A stretch of 64,000 nucleotides of DNA, taken from the NCBI GenBank assembly GCA_902606075.1, contig CACLEU010000001.1, forward strand, positions 16,356-80,355. Direction: 5' to 3'. A program made the translations under genes and the position numbers. Each line of letters starts with the position of its first letter. The stretch's first letter is position 1. The notes under the pieces are model-generated. The model saw only the letters and a list, made by a program, of their open reading frames with translations, did not search any database and was not told where the DNA came from. This document shows positions 62,385-64,000 of the stretch, piece by piece. This stretch comes from an uncultured Pelagibacteraceae bacterium. Lineage in GTDB: Bacteria > Pseudomonadota > Alphaproteobacteria > Pelagibacterales > Pelagibacteraceae.

Positions 62385-63508
62385 TGACAGAGGATATTAA
62401 AAAAGGTTTATTAGGTATAGTTGTAGACGAAACAGAAGTTTCTAAGGTTATGCCTGAAATCAATTCTCTTACTTACAGAGGGTATGCTGCACAGGATTTA
62501 TGTGCGAAATGTAAGTTTGAAGAAGTTGCTTATTTAATTCTAAACGGTGAGTTGCCAAATAAGAAACAATTAAAAAACTTTGAGAAGATTGAGAAAAAAG
62601 AGAGAAAATTATCCAAAACTTTATTAGATAGTATTAAGAATTTTCCTAAAAAATCTCACCCTATGGATGTTGCAAGAACTGCAGTAAGTATAATGGGTCT
62701 AGAAGATAAAGAGACAAAAGATAACTCTCCTAAAGCAAGCATGAGTAAAGCTATGAGAATTTTTGCAAAGACACCAACAGCTTTAGCGGCTTTTTACAGA
62801 TTGCGAAAAGGTAAAAAAATAATAAAACCAAAAAAAAGTCTCTCTTTTTCTGAGAATTTTTTTTACATGTGTTTTGGAAAAGTTCCTAATAGTGAAATTG
62901 TGAAGGCTTTTGATGTATCTTTAATTTTATACGCAGAACACAGTTTCAATGTCTCAACTTTTACAGCAAGAACAATTACAAGCAGTTTGTCTGATATACA
63001 TGGTGCAATTACTGGAGCAATAGCTAGTTTAAAAGGACCATTGCATGGTGGTGCCAATGAAGAGGTAATGCACATGATGAATAAAATTAAGAAACCGGAA
63101 AATGCACTTAAGTGGATTAACAACGCTTTAGAGAAAAAAGCTGTCGTAATGGGGTTTGGACATCGAGTTTATAAAAGTGGAGATTCAAGAGTACCAACAA
63201 TGAGGGAATATTTTGCAAAAGTAGCTAAAGTGAAAAAAGATAAAAAATTCGAAAAAATATACGACATAGTAGAAAAAGTTATGATTGATAGAAAAAATAT
63301 TTATCCAAATGTAGATTATCCTACTGGACCAACTTATCATCTTATGGGCTTTGATACAGATTTCTTTACACCTATTTTTGTCATATCTAGAATTACGGGA
63401 TGGTCAGCTCATATTCTTGAACAACACGCAGCAAATAAACTAATTAGACCATTGGCGAGTTATAAAGGTAGTTCTTATCGTAAAGTTGTTCCAATTAATC
63501 AGAGATAA
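62384..63508 (+). CDS. prpC: 2-methylcitrate synthase
   Basis: LTYRGY, YAEHSFN, GPLHGGANE, GFGHRVY, PNVD; in prp operon. Confidence 0.9.
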   Translation: MTEDIKKGLLGIVVDETEVSKVMPEINSLTYRGYAAQDLCAKCKFEEVAYLILNGELPNKKQLKNFEKIEKKERKLSKTLLDSIKNFPKKSHPMDVARTAVSIMGLEDKETKDNSPKASMSKAMRIFAKTPTALAAFYRLRKGKKIIKPKKSLSFSENFFYMCFGKVPNSEIVKAFDVSLILYAEHSFNVSTFTARTITSSLSDIHGAITGAIASLKGPLHGGANEEVMHMMNKIKKPENALKWINNALEKKAVVMGFGHRVYKSGDSRVPTMREYFAKVAKVKKDKKFEKIYDIVEKVMIDRKNIYPNVDYPTGPTYHLMGFDTDFFTPIFVISRITGWSAHILEQHAANKLIRPLASYKGSSYRKVVPINQR

Positions 63509-64000
63509 TTAAGAAAAGTTAAACTGAGCAAACCTTTCATGCACAATTTCAAAATTAACATTACGTTCTTTTGAAAAATCCTTTATTGCTTCTCTAACGC
63601 CTAGAGCCTGGCTTAAATTCCAGTCATCACATAGAATAGTGCCAGTTTTATTTATTATTTTATAGCTTTGTTCAAGATCATTTTTTACTGTTTTGTAATC
63701 ATGTCCACCATCAATGAAAATAAAATCAATATTTTTTAAATTAATATTGTGAAATATTTTATTAGTATCCCCTTCTATAAGTTTTATATTTTTTTTAAAC
63801 TTTGACAAAAGATCTTCAACTGCAATTAGGCTATATGGATTTTGTTTTTTTATATATTTAAAATAAAATGTTTTAATTGGGTTGTTAAAAGTTTTAGATG
63901 GGACTACTTCATTTTTGTAATTGTTACTGTCATCAAAAATATCTATTCCGGTGTAATTAAAGTCGTCGCCATGATTTTTAAACATCAACTCACAAACGTT
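63509..64000 (-). CDS. Class I SAM-dependent methyltransferase (5' end off-window)
   Basis: YTGIDIF, LIEGDT, DFIFIDGGH, GTILCDD; frame open to the window edge. Confidence 0.8.
   Translation of the reverse strand, partial: NVCELMFKNHGDDFNYTGIDIFDDSNNYKNEVVPSKTFNNPIKTFYFKYIKKQNPYSLIAVEDLLSKFKKNIKLIEGDTNKIFHNINLKNIDFIFIDGGHDYKTVKNDLEQSYKIINKTGTILCDDWNLSQALGVREAIKDFSKERNVNFEIVHERFAQFNFS

Noticed and set aside
31217-63123. Remaining short antisense ORFs over ppc, pur, cimA, cysS, nadE, DAHP synthase, glmS and prpC
   Set aside because: Shadows of well-supported genes on the opposite strand or frame

Overview
AT-rich, very compact alphaproteobacterial chromosome segment. Gene content, overlapping genes and protein style point to Candidatus Pelagibacter (SAR11); this is an inference, not a database match. 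1-16 kb: core translation and transcription cluster (fusA, rpsG, rpsL, rpoC, rpoB, rplL/J/A/K, nusG, secE, tRNA-Trp, tuf, tRNA-Gly, tRNA-Tyr), with a c-type cytochrome gene wedged between rpoB and rpoC. 16.8-31.1 kb: accessory zone around tRNA-Thr(TGT) and tRNA-Leu(TAA). It contains small integrase-less cassettes bounded by partial tRNA duplications and by 11-bp-period direct repeats that resemble integrase arm sites (cargo: pilin, autotransporter, hydrolase), and a methyltransferase inserted into the 3' end of nadK with that 3' end duplicated. 31-40 kb: ppc, an Anbu protease and circularly permuted ATP-grasp pair, and a glucosylglycerate synthesis/turnover operon. 40-64 kb: mostly core genes (azlCD, cinA-like, sfsA, map, purBCSQL, bolA, grxD, rpsD, trmJ, cimA, cysS, nadE, DAHP synthase II, glmS, an acetyltransferase-only GlmU, gph, prpDBC). 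The best candidate for an undescribed system is the non-autonomous, tRNA-anchored cassette array. No CRISPR, rRNA, transposase or integrase gene was seen.
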